IMG/VR virus record: IMGVR_UViG_3300020151_001089
Span: 1 to 57,186 of that record
Origin: a virus
Lineage: Duplodnaviria; Caudoviricetes
DNA length: 57,186 nt
Direction: 5' to 3' (one strand)
This document shows, in pieces, positions 28,232-35,784 of this stretch. Within the stretch, counting starts at the first letter, position 1. Every line of letters starts with the position of its first letter. The position numbers and the translations under genes are program-made. Under the pieces are notes generated by a model. It saw nothing but the letters and a program-made list of their open reading frames with translations. It was not told the DNA's origin and did not search any database.

Positions 28232-28915
28232 ATGAAACAATCTGATGTAGAAGTAGGGAAAAGACTAACAGTAGGTGCTGGAAATCCATCAAATGTTTTA
28301 GGTATTGGACCAACTGAACATAAAGGAACTGCTTTTGTTGAAGCACCTGCAGTTTTTGGGGATCCAGGTCCTTTTAAAGCAACCCCATTTGAACGAGGTA
28401 CTGTTAATATTGGTCCCAATATTAATCCAGATGTTCTTAAATTGGGATCATGGCCATTTTATTCATTGATTGTTCAGACATATGCCAGAATAAAGTCATT
28501 TCTAAAAGTTGACACTTTATTATCTGTTAAGTTAATCAAATCTGATATAATTTATACTAATGTTTTGATGGCTAATACGAAAAATTTTGTAATAGATCAT
28601 CCAACAAAAGAAAATAAGAAGTTAGTTTATGGATGTCTTGAGGGACCAGAACATTCCGTATATGTTAGAGGGAGGTTGAGAAATGATAATACAATTGAAT
28701 TACCTGAATATTGGATTAATTTAGTAGATGAAACTACAATTACAGTTTCTTTGACTGCTATTAATTCTGAACAATCTTTATTTGTTGCTAAAATTGAAGA
28801 TAATAAAATAATTATAGGTAATTATATGACCCAGTTTGGTGAATTACCGATTGATTGTTTTTATCATGTCTTTGCTGAAAGAAAAGATGTGGATAAATTA
28901 GAAACGGAGATTTAA
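28232..28915 (+). CDS. Virion protein with C-terminal K.F.I.HP...CLEGPE domain
   Basis: KNFVIDHPTKENKKLVYGCLEGPEHSVYVRG...LPEYW. Confidence 0.7.
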   Translation: MKQSDVEVGKRLTVGAGNPSNVLGIGPTEHKGTAFVEAPAVFGDPGPFKATPFERGTVNIGPNINPDVLKLGSWPFYSLIVQTYARIKSFLKVDTLLSVKLIKSDIIYTNVLMANTKNFVIDHPTKENKKLVYGCLEGPEHSVYVRGRLRNDNTIELPEYWINLVDETTITVSLTAINSEQSLFVAKIEDNKIIIGNYMTQFGELPIDCFYHVFAERKDVDKLETEI

Positions 28916-28918
28916 ATT

Positions 28919-29734
28919 ATGCCAGGACCATTTAATTTTAACCAGTATGGAACCTTTACTGGACCAGCAAAAAATTATGAATTTAATGATGATGATGCTA
29001 CTTGGTGGAGTGATATTCCTATAGACACTTCGTTCAAGTTAAATGATATTGGGGTTTTATTTTTTAATAATCAATCTGATTATGCATATTTCCACCTATA
29101 TGGAGTATCAACAGCGTTAGTTACATTTGAAAAGAATAGTGGAGATTTACCTAATTTACTTGCTAATATTCAAAATACAATTTTTAACGGAAACATTATT
29201 ATTAATGGAACTACCGTAGCAAACGATAATATTGTATGTAATTCTAATGTTGCTTGTAATGGTGTATTGAATTTGTCTGGTGTTGGTAATGCTGCGTCTT
29301 ATATGACGACTACTAGAGCAATCGCACAATCTAAAAAATCTTTTGACATACCACACCCATTAAAAGATGATCATCGCCTTCGATATGTTTGTTTAGAAGG
29401 TCCTGCTGCGGAAGTTTATATTAGGGGTAAATTGGAAAATGAAAATATTATTACGTTACCAGAATACTGGAGTAATTTAATAGATCAAGAAACAATAGGA
29501 GTAACATTAACACCTATTGGGTATCATCAAGAATTGTTTGTTGAAAAAATAGAATGGGGATCTAGAATTGTTATTAAAAATAATTCTGGTGGATCTGTAA
29601 ATTGTTATTATACTATTACTGCAGAAAGAAAGGATACTCCAAAAAATATTCCAGAGTACCTAGGGTTGACACCAGCAGATTATCCAGGAGATAATAGTGA
29701 ATATACTATTAATGGTAATTGGAAAAATAAATAA
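28919..29734 (+). CDS. Virion protein, paralog of the preceding gene (same C-terminal domain)
   Basis: KSFDIPHPLKDDHRLRYVCLEGPAAEVYIRG...LPEYW. Confidence 0.7.
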   Translation: MPGPFNFNQYGTFTGPAKNYEFNDDDATWWSDIPIDTSFKLNDIGVLFFNNQSDYAYFHLYGVSTALVTFEKNSGDLPNLLANIQNTIFNGNIIINGTTVANDNIVCNSNVACNGVLNLSGVGNAASYMTTTRAIAQSKKSFDIPHPLKDDHRLRYVCLEGPAAEVYIRGKLENENIITLPEYWSNLIDQETIGVTLTPIGYHQELFVEKIEWGSRIVIKNNSGGSVNCYYTITAERKDTPKNIPEYLGLTPADYPGDNSEYTINGNWKNK

Positions 29735-29754
29735 CTTAACAGTACACCATAGTT

Positions 29755-30954
29755 ATGACAACATTATCGACCGTTGGGCAAACAGTTGTTTCTGGATTAA
29801 CTTCCGAATCATCAAATAGAACAGAAAGTAATTCTACGTTTTCTATTCCTTTGGGAATAGCAGGAACTTCTATTAGCCAATATCAATTACCAGCAAAGGA
29901 ATTGGATCTTGAGATACTTGAAAATGTACAACCAATATTGGATCAAATAAACGCTAAAAAATCACAGATAGTTTCTATTTGTAATCAGGTGATGTCTGTT
30001 TATATTCCTGGAATAAGATCTCCGTTATGTGCAGTTGAACCTGATAAAGCAAATTTAGATTCTGAGGTTATATCTGATAAAGATGAATATCCAGCAGTAA
30101 TAGGTGGATTTAGTGGTGGTGGAACTCCTAACCCTGGAACTCCTCAAATTGCTTATGGGAATGTTAGACCTGATAATATAAGAATTTTAAGATATCCTAA
30201 TTTAGAAAATAGAGTTGCACCTAATGATAATGCTTTAGAAAATTATAAATTTCCAGTATTAACAACTCAGAATTCTGGACAAGGGAAAGTGGATTCTTTC
30301 TTCAAAAATTCAAAATATAATGATGGAGTTCTTACTTATTATGTAACTAGCGATTCTGGTAATTGGAGTAGTGAAAGTTGGAATAGTAGTAGTAATGTAA
30401 TAGGTCAGTATGTTAAAGTTACTGGTCCTGGAATTGGTACTATAGGAATTCCAGGAGCATATGATCATCCATCTACAACATTTACACCAGAACCAGAATA
30501 TGCCTCAATAGTTTCTGGATTAACTGGTATTACTACTGGAACTTTTAACGGTGTTAGTGTTAATTTAAATCCAGTGACATTAAAACTAGAATCAACTGGA
30601 TTTCCCCCATTACTCGCTTCTAGTTCTGGTACACTTGTTATTGCTTCTGGTCTTAATGCAACAACAATTATTAATAGTATTAATACTTTAGAATCTGAAA
30701 TTGAAGCATTAAGAGTTGGGATTAGTACTTGGTTTGGTGAGGTAAACTCATTAAAAGAAAGAAGACATGGACAACAGTTAAGAGTGTGGAGTTATAAAAG
30801 AGTACAGTCTAGAAATAGTTCAGAAAATGTAAACATTGGATTGGGCGTTTCTTCTGTTGAACGAGTTGATCCTAGATTACCAACAACAATTTATGTATTT
30901 GATAATGAAGATAGTAGATTTGATGATACAAGTATAAAGTTTGATGCCAACTGA
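29755..30954 (+). CDS. Hypothetical structural protein
   Basis: 399 aa, Ser/Thr/Gly rich; AATAAATA late promoter just upstream. Confidence 0.65.
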   Translation: MTTLSTVGQTVVSGLTSESSNRTESNSTFSIPLGIAGTSISQYQLPAKELDLEILENVQPILDQINAKKSQIVSICNQVMSVYIPGIRSPLCAVEPDKANLDSEVISDKDEYPAVIGGFSGGGTPNPGTPQIAYGNVRPDNIRILRYPNLENRVAPNDNALENYKFPVLTTQNSGQGKVDSFFKNSKYNDGVLTYYVTSDSGNWSSESWNSSSNVIGQYVKVTGPGIGTIGIPGAYDHPSTTFTPEPEYASIVSGLTGITTGTFNGVSVNLNPVTLKLESTGFPPLLASSSGTLVIASGLNATTIINSINTLESEIEALRVGISTWFGEVNSLKERRHGQQLRVWSYKRVQSRNSSENVNIGLGVSSVERVDPRLPTTIYVFDNEDSRFDDTSIKFDAN

Positions 30955-30987
30955 TGATAAATAATAGGAAAATTATTTTATATAATA

Positions 30988-31557
30988 ATGGCAAAATCAC
31001 TTATTAGTATTGGATCGACATCTAATGATGGTACTGGAGATACTCTGAGAGCAGGGGCAGAAAAAATTAATGCTAATTTTGATGAGATTTATAGTACATT
31101 TGGAAATGGAACATCTTTAAGTTCTTCAGTAGCAAATGCCACAACATCTTCATATGCATCTGTTGCTGGAATTGCAACAATTGCACAGGGATTAAGTGGT
31201 GTTCCTAATATTACAGCAGGTATTGTAACTACATCTGGTAATTTAAATGTAGTTGGAATTGTAACCTCTTCAGGTGCAACAATCTATAATACAACGACAT
31301 TAAGTAGTGTCGTTATTAGTGGTGTAAATACTCACAGTGGTGTTTCTAATTTTACTAATACTATTAATCAATCTGCTGGAACTGCTGCTATTAATAGATT
31401 GGTTGTATCTGGTGTTACTACTTCTGGTGTTGGTAATACAGCAGCACTTGGTGTTAATAGCAGTATGCAATTTTTCCTTCAAAATGACACAACTCTTAGA
31501 GTTGCAGTTAGGGGTAGTGATGGTGTGACTAGATATGGGACAATCTCACTTGCGTAA
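30988..31557 (+). CDS. Structural protein with gp9/gp10-like N-terminal motif
   Basis: ISIGSTSNDGTGDTLRAGAEKINANFDEIY; GATAAATA upstream. Confidence 0.7.
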   Translation: MAKSLISIGSTSNDGTGDTLRAGAEKINANFDEIYSTFGNGTSLSSSVANATTSSYASVAGIATIAQGLSGVPNITAGIVTTSGNLNVVGIVTSSGATIYNTTTLSSVVISGVNTHSGVSNFTNTINQSAGTAAINRLVVSGVTTSGVGNTAALGVNSSMQFFLQNDTTLRVAVRGSDGVTRYGTISLA

Positions 31558-31561
31558 AGGC

Positions 31562-31590
31562 TTGACAGACGCTTTTTGATCGTGTATAAT
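31562..31590 (+). promoter_or_regulatory. Consensus sigma70 (early) promoter
   Basis: TTGACA-17 nt-TATAAT. Confidence 0.85.
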
Positions 31591-31614
31591 GATGAGGTAA
31601 ACAAAGGTGATGTC

Positions 31615-31815
31615 ATGATTGGTGATGTTGATGAGTATCTGACACGTTGCGTCGTGGATCCTAGCACTCGTACTTTTTTGATTTACTCAAATCTAGGTAA
31701 TGAAAGAAAGATTGATTGTGCTAATAGTAATGAATTTATGAATGTTCTCAGTTTTGTTCGGAGTATTCTTGAATCTGATACTTTAGTTTACGCTGATCCC
31801 CTTGTGAGAGGGTGA
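31615..31815 (+). CDS. Small conserved hypothetical protein
   Basis: DEYLTRCVVDP..RTFLIYS..G.E..IDC....EFMNVL.FVR. Confidence 0.65.
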   Translation: MIGDVDEYLTRCVVDPSTRTFLIYSNLGNERKIDCANSNEFMNVLSFVRSILESDTLVYADPLVRG

Positions 31816-31820
31816 TCCTT

Positions 31821-31891
31821 GCGGGCATGGTGTAGCGGTAACATACCATCCTTCCAAGTTGTAGTCACGGGTTCGATCCCCGTTGCCCGCT
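31821..31891 (+). tRNA. tRNA-Gly (TCC)
   Basis: Acceptor GCGGGCA/TGCCCGC, D-arm GTGT/ACAT, loop CT-TCC-AA, T-arm ACGGG-TTCGATC-CCCGT; no encoded CCA; two mismatches in the anticodon stem. Confidence 0.85.
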
Positions 31892-31963
31892 TACCAAAAT
31901 TGGACTTTAATTCCATTTTTGGTCGAAAAAATTTCCCACTAAAATTTGCTAAAAACCCTTTTT

Positions 31964-32173
31964 ATGAATCCTTATAAAATTTCGTATAAAAATTTAAAAG
32001 AGGAACCTATTAAAACTACACCTGAAAATGTGAAAGAAGCAAATGAGGGATTATTTTATGCTAAAATGACACTTCCAGCTGCTGCTAAGCATTGTGGAAT
32101 GTCTAAAAAAGAAATGAAATTAACATTTTACGAATATCTTAAATATCACCCTAAAACTTATATTGGGGAATAA
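31964..32173 (+). CDS. Small hypothetical protein (HTH-like)
   Basis: MTLPAAAKHCGMSKKEMKLTF. Confidence 0.65.
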   Translation: MNPYKISYKNLKEEPIKTTPENVKEANEGLFYAKMTLPAAAKHCGMSKKEMKLTFYEYLKYHPKTYIGE

Positions 32174-32209
32174 TTGTTTACCCCTAATATATAATAAAAG
32201 AAGATTCTT

Positions 32210-32485
32210 ATGGGATATAGAATCGACAGCACTTATTGTTGGTATAGACTTGAGAGTGAAGACATTATTGTTAAAATGTATTTTATAAATAATGTTCCTT
32301 TTACTTTTGATGAAATCTCATCTATAGTTTCTGAAGATCCAGAAATTATAACTATAGCTAATGAAAATAATAAATTTTCACCCGAAGATTTATACAGAAC
32401 TTCATTTTATCTAATTGATGAACAAGTTCACCCATTTTTATTTCCAGTAGACTTAGAAAACCCAGAGGAATTGCCAGATGATTGA
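32210..32485 (+). CDS. Hypothetical protein
   Basis: 91 aa; IVKMYFINNVPFTFDE. Confidence 0.7.
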   Translation: MGYRIDSTYCWYRLESEDIIVKMYFINNVPFTFDEISSIVSEDPEIITIANENNKFSPEDLYRTSFYLIDEQVHPFLFPVDLENPEELPDD

Positions 32486-32963
32486 AGAATTTTGTAAATA
32501 CTTTGAAGGTTATTTTAACAATCAAAGACAAGCATTTGCAAATCCTAGAGAATTTGCTCTGATTGAATTGGAGCATCACCAAATCTCTGATAATAAATTT
32601 AGGGTCAGTCAAAAATATAATATTGACCCAGATCCATATCGCAAAACAATTATTGAAGTGATTGAAGAAGATGGTCATCTTCTCCTTAAAAATTATAAAG
32701 ATGATGAAGAATTGACACCTCTTCCTGGTTGTGATATTATTATGAAATATCAAGATGGTAAATTCTTCGGGAAAAATTCCTGCAAAGAATGTATTGTTCC
32801 CTGGGGAATTAAAACTACATATTTAATGACTGAAAGTATTCTTAGTGAAGATCTTTATGAAGTCATTGATCAGGGATTTGATGTTGAAAATGATGATCAA
32901 ATTTGGGGATCCTTTAATGGATTTTTTAGATTTGATAAAATTAAATCTTTTAAAGAGGAGTAA
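32478..32963 (+). CDS. cpeT: CpeT/CpcT-like phycobiliprotein lyase
   Basis: G.F.N..QAF.NP..FA.I...PYR...GCDI...C...TYL...DQGFD.E...QIWGS. Confidence 0.82.
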   Translation: MIEEFCKYFEGYFNNQRQAFANPREFALIELEHHQISDNKFRVSQKYNIDPDPYRKTIIEVIEEDGHLLLKNYKDDEELTPLPGCDIIMKYQDGKFFGKNSCKECIVPWGIKTTYLMTESILSEDLYEVIDQGFDVENDDQIWGSFNGFFRFDKIKSFKEE

Positions 32964-32971
32964 TCCTTTTT

Positions 32972-33043
32972 GCCTTTGTAGCTCAGTGGTAGAGCAGGGC
33001 TTTTGTAAAGCTCAGGTCGCAAGTTCAAATCTTGTCGGAGGCT
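32972..33043 (+). tRNA. tRNA-Thr (TGT)
   Basis: GCCTTTG/CGGAGGC acceptor, GCTC/GAGC D-arm, GGGCT-TT TGT AA-AGCTC, GCAAG-TTCAAAT-CTTGT. Confidence 0.92.
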
Positions 33044-33062
33044 TTGAGTTAGTAACTCTAAT

Positions 33063-34199
33063 ATGAAAAACGAAGTAAATTTTAAATATATTAACGTCTT
33101 TGACAATAAAGATGTAACTTATGATTTGGAAAAATATCCAATGAATAAGATTATTCTCAGAGAAGTTCAAAAATATTATCCAGATGTTCAAGATCTAAGT
33201 CTTCTTCATGAGCATGTTGAAGGTGGAAAGGTATCAGATCTGATGTCTAAAGTTAGTAAAGACCTAACTAAAACGGAATTTTATGAATATTTTGATGATA
33301 TTGTTAAACAATATGTTGTATCACAAATTGATCGTGATGTTCTAATTCAAAAATTTGGAAATGTTAGAGCAGTTATTCCAAATCAAGATAAAATTGGTGC
33401 TCTTCTTCACTTCCATCAAGGAAGATGGGTTGGAAATGGTCTTGGATTGAGAACTGTTTGGATGGCATTTACTGATTGTTATGAAAGTAATAGTTTACAA
33501 ATTCTTCCTTTAGAAGAAAGTAGAAGAATTACAGTTGATGCAGTTAAAGAAAATTGGTCATATGAAAAACTGCAAGAAGAATGTACAAGACATGCATTTC
33601 CTGTGACCATTAAACCAGGACAATTTCATCTGTTTACTCAAGAACATATTCATGGTAATTTCCCAAATCTTACTAACAAAACTAGAATTAGTATAGATGT
33701 AAGAATTTTATTAAAAGATGGTCAACCCCACCGTAAATGGCCAGGTGCTTATTTTAGAAAATTGGGAAATCTTGATATTAATTCAAAACCTGTAGAAATT
33801 AAACCTGGAGAATCTACTGCAACGTATGCTGAATATGAAGGATTTAAGACAAAAGGAATTGATCTTCATTTTCAAACTCTTACAGTAAGAAATTATTGTT
33901 CTAGAATGGGATATGTTTTTCCATATCAACACGCCGATAATGAAGGAACCCATCATGCCCATTTAGAGCATTTAATTGAACATGGAAACATCGATCATTT
34001 ATTCTTGTTCAGTATTTTTTCACTACCAGATGATCCAGGTAGGAGACAACATTTAATGAATTTGGCTTTAAAGAATAATTGTAAACTACACTTTGCAAAT
34101 GAGGAATTTGTGCTTGACAACGAAGAGATGTTGAGTAAAATAGAGTACTTACGATCATTTACAAATGATTGGACAAATCCTGTGGATCAAGTTTTATGA
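33063..34199 (+). CDS. 2OG-Fe(II) oxygenase-like domain (HxG variant) fused to a second domain
   Basis: FHQGRW.G...TVWMAFTD....NSLQI...HGN.PN.T.KTRISID.R; C-terminal FSIFSLPDD..RR...LHFANE domain. Confidence 0.7.
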   Translation: MKNEVNFKYINVFDNKDVTYDLEKYPMNKIILREVQKYYPDVQDLSLLHEHVEGGKVSDLMSKVSKDLTKTEFYEYFDDIVKQYVVSQIDRDVLIQKFGNVRAVIPNQDKIGALLHFHQGRWVGNGLGLRTVWMAFTDCYESNSLQILPLEESRRITVDAVKENWSYEKLQEECTRHAFPVTIKPGQFHLFTQEHIHGNFPNLTNKTRISIDVRILLKDGQPHRKWPGAYFRKLGNLDINSKPVEIKPGESTATYAEYEGFKTKGIDLHFQTLTVRNYCSRMGYVFPYQHADNEGTHHAHLEHLIEHGNIDHLFLFSIFSLPDDPGRRQHLMNLALKNNCKLHFANEEFVLDNEEMLSKIEYLRSFTNDWTNPVDQVL

Positions 34200-34363
34200 A
34201 AGTTAATCTTTGGTACTGTTGTGAGATGAAACAATGGCGTTGGACATTGTGTGATGATTCTAGACCAATATTGAAACAAGAATCTGGTCAACAACCAAAT
34301 CTTAGAGATGCAATGAACGATGTTGCAAATACAGTAGAATATATGAGTCAAAAAAATGAGTGA
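34196..34363 (+). CDS. Small hypothetical protein
   Basis: MKVNLWYC..MKQWRWTL...QESGQQP.LRDAMNDVA; TTGACA-16-TAAAAT at 34114-34141. Confidence 0.7.
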   Translation: MKVNLWYCCEMKQWRWTLCDDSRPILKQESGQQPNLRDAMNDVANTVEYMSQKNE

Positions 34364-35051
34364 TACCCTTAAAGTATTTCCTGTATTTTCTTCTCCTATT
34401 GCTGTTTTTGATATTGAACAGAATTTAGATTTTTACTACGAAAAATTAAAAACATTTTATAATTTTAAATCAATATATCCTAAAGAATACTCTGAACAGG
34501 CGGATATAAAAAACACATGGATTAGTGAAAGTTATGTTGTTTTTAAAGATTTTCCAGACCTAGAAAAGATAATTTTAAAATATTTTTACAATTATAAAAA
34601 TAAGGTTTTAAAATATGAAAATACTGATTTTGTTTTTACAACTTCTTGGGTAACAAAAGTTGAAGTTCCTTCATATCATCCATATCATCCACATCACAAT
34701 TCTATGTTCAGTGGATGTTTATATTTTGATGATGGATCTCCGATAGAATTTCATCCAAGTTATAATCCTTTGATAGCAGTTAATAACCCTACTGAAAATA
34801 ATATTTACAATTCATTGCATTGGGAGATAGAAACTAAAAAAAATAGGTTGATATTTTTTCCAAGTTATTTACTTCATAGAATATCGTCAAATCACTTGAC
34901 AAATGATACAAGATATTCTTTAGTTTTTAATATTCTTCCAACTGGTACTTTTTCTACAAATACTGCCATTGTTAATATTGATGTAAAAGATATTGATTGG
35001 CATACTTATAGTATTTTTAATGATGAATGGTTGAATAAAGATGAAGGGTGA
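34356..35051 (+). CDS. Putative 2OG-Fe(II) oxygenase (TIGR02466-like)
   Basis: SWV...HPHHNSMFSGCLYF...LIFFPSYLLH...RYSLVFN. Confidence 0.8.
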   Translation: MSDTLKVFPVFSSPIAVFDIEQNLDFYYEKLKTFYNFKSIYPKEYSEQADIKNTWISESYVVFKDFPDLEKIILKYFYNYKNKVLKYENTDFVFTTSWVTKVEVPSYHPYHPHHNSMFSGCLYFDDGSPIEFHPSYNPLIAVNNPTENNIYNSLHWEIETKKNRLIFFPSYLLHRISSNHLTNDTRYSLVFNILPTGTFSTNTAIVNIDVKDIDWHTYSIFNDEWLNKDEG

Positions 35052-35667
35052 TTTTTTTATAGATAAAGTAACAAAACAAGAAATTAAAGAATTATTATAT
35101 AATCATCATTACTTAAAGGATTATTCAAAAGATTTTAAATCTGGTTATAATTATGGACTTTACCACAACTCTTTCACAGACATCCTTAGGATTGGCAACT
35201 GCCTTGGTGTTTGCATTTTTACTGGTCTCCCAGTTCCAGAAATTGCCGTAGGAGCGTTTGGATTAAATCGTAATGAACAACAAGGAATCTTTGAACTCTC
35301 AAGACTTTGCATCGAACCTAATACACAGTCAGAAGAATATAACATCACTTCTTGGTTTGTATCACGATCGATTAGACAATTTCGGAAAGATACTGAAGTT
35401 AAAGCAATCCTTTCTTATGCTGATTCAGATCACCATTCTGGTACAATTTATCGCGCTTGCAACTTTAAGTATTATGGTCTCACGGATCGAAAAAAAGATT
35501 TCTACTATTCAGACGGAACTAAACACTCTCGTGGAAAAGTAAAAGGTTCTGAAGGTGAATGGAAAGAACGAACTCGAAAGCATAGATATCTGATGATTTT
35601 TGATAAAGAATTGCAAAAACGCTTGACATGGAAAGAAGAAAATGTTAAAATAATAGAGCGATACTAA
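35041..35667 (+). CDS. Mom-like GNAT-fold DNA modification protein
   Basis: HHY...ELSRLC...SWFVSRSIR...ILSYAD...HSGTIYRACNF.Y.G. Confidence 0.65.
   Translation: MKGDFFIDKVTKQEIKELLYNHHYLKDYSKDFKSGYNYGLYHNSFTDILRIGNCLGVCIFTGLPVPEIAVGAFGLNRNEQQGIFELSRLCIEPNTQSEEYNITSWFVSRSIRQFRKDTEVKAILSYADSDHHSGTIYRACNFKYYGLTDRKKDFYYSDGTKHSRGKVKGSEGEWKERTRKHRYLMIFDKELQKRLTWKEENVKIIERY
35623..35651 (+). promoter_or_regulatory. sigma70 promoter with extended -10
   Basis: TTGACA-17 nt (ending TGt)-TAAAAT, inside the 3' end of the Mom-like gene. Confidence 0.7.
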
Positions 35668-35695
35668 TTCGCAGTGACCCAAAAAGTGTGACTTC

Positions 35696-35721
35696 AGAAC
35701 CCTCTTATCGAGGGTTTTGTT
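35696..35721 (+). terminator. Intrinsic terminator
   Basis: AACCCTC-ttatc-GAGGGTT followed by TTGTT. Confidence 0.7.
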
Positions 35722-35784
35722 GTATGGAAATCATGGTTTTTTATCCGAATAAATAAAACATAGTAGAAACCTAAGAGTAATAAA

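Noticed and set aside
32845-33106. ORFs 32845-33066 (+) and 32897-33106 (-)
   Set aside because: They run across tRNA-Thr, which explains the sequence
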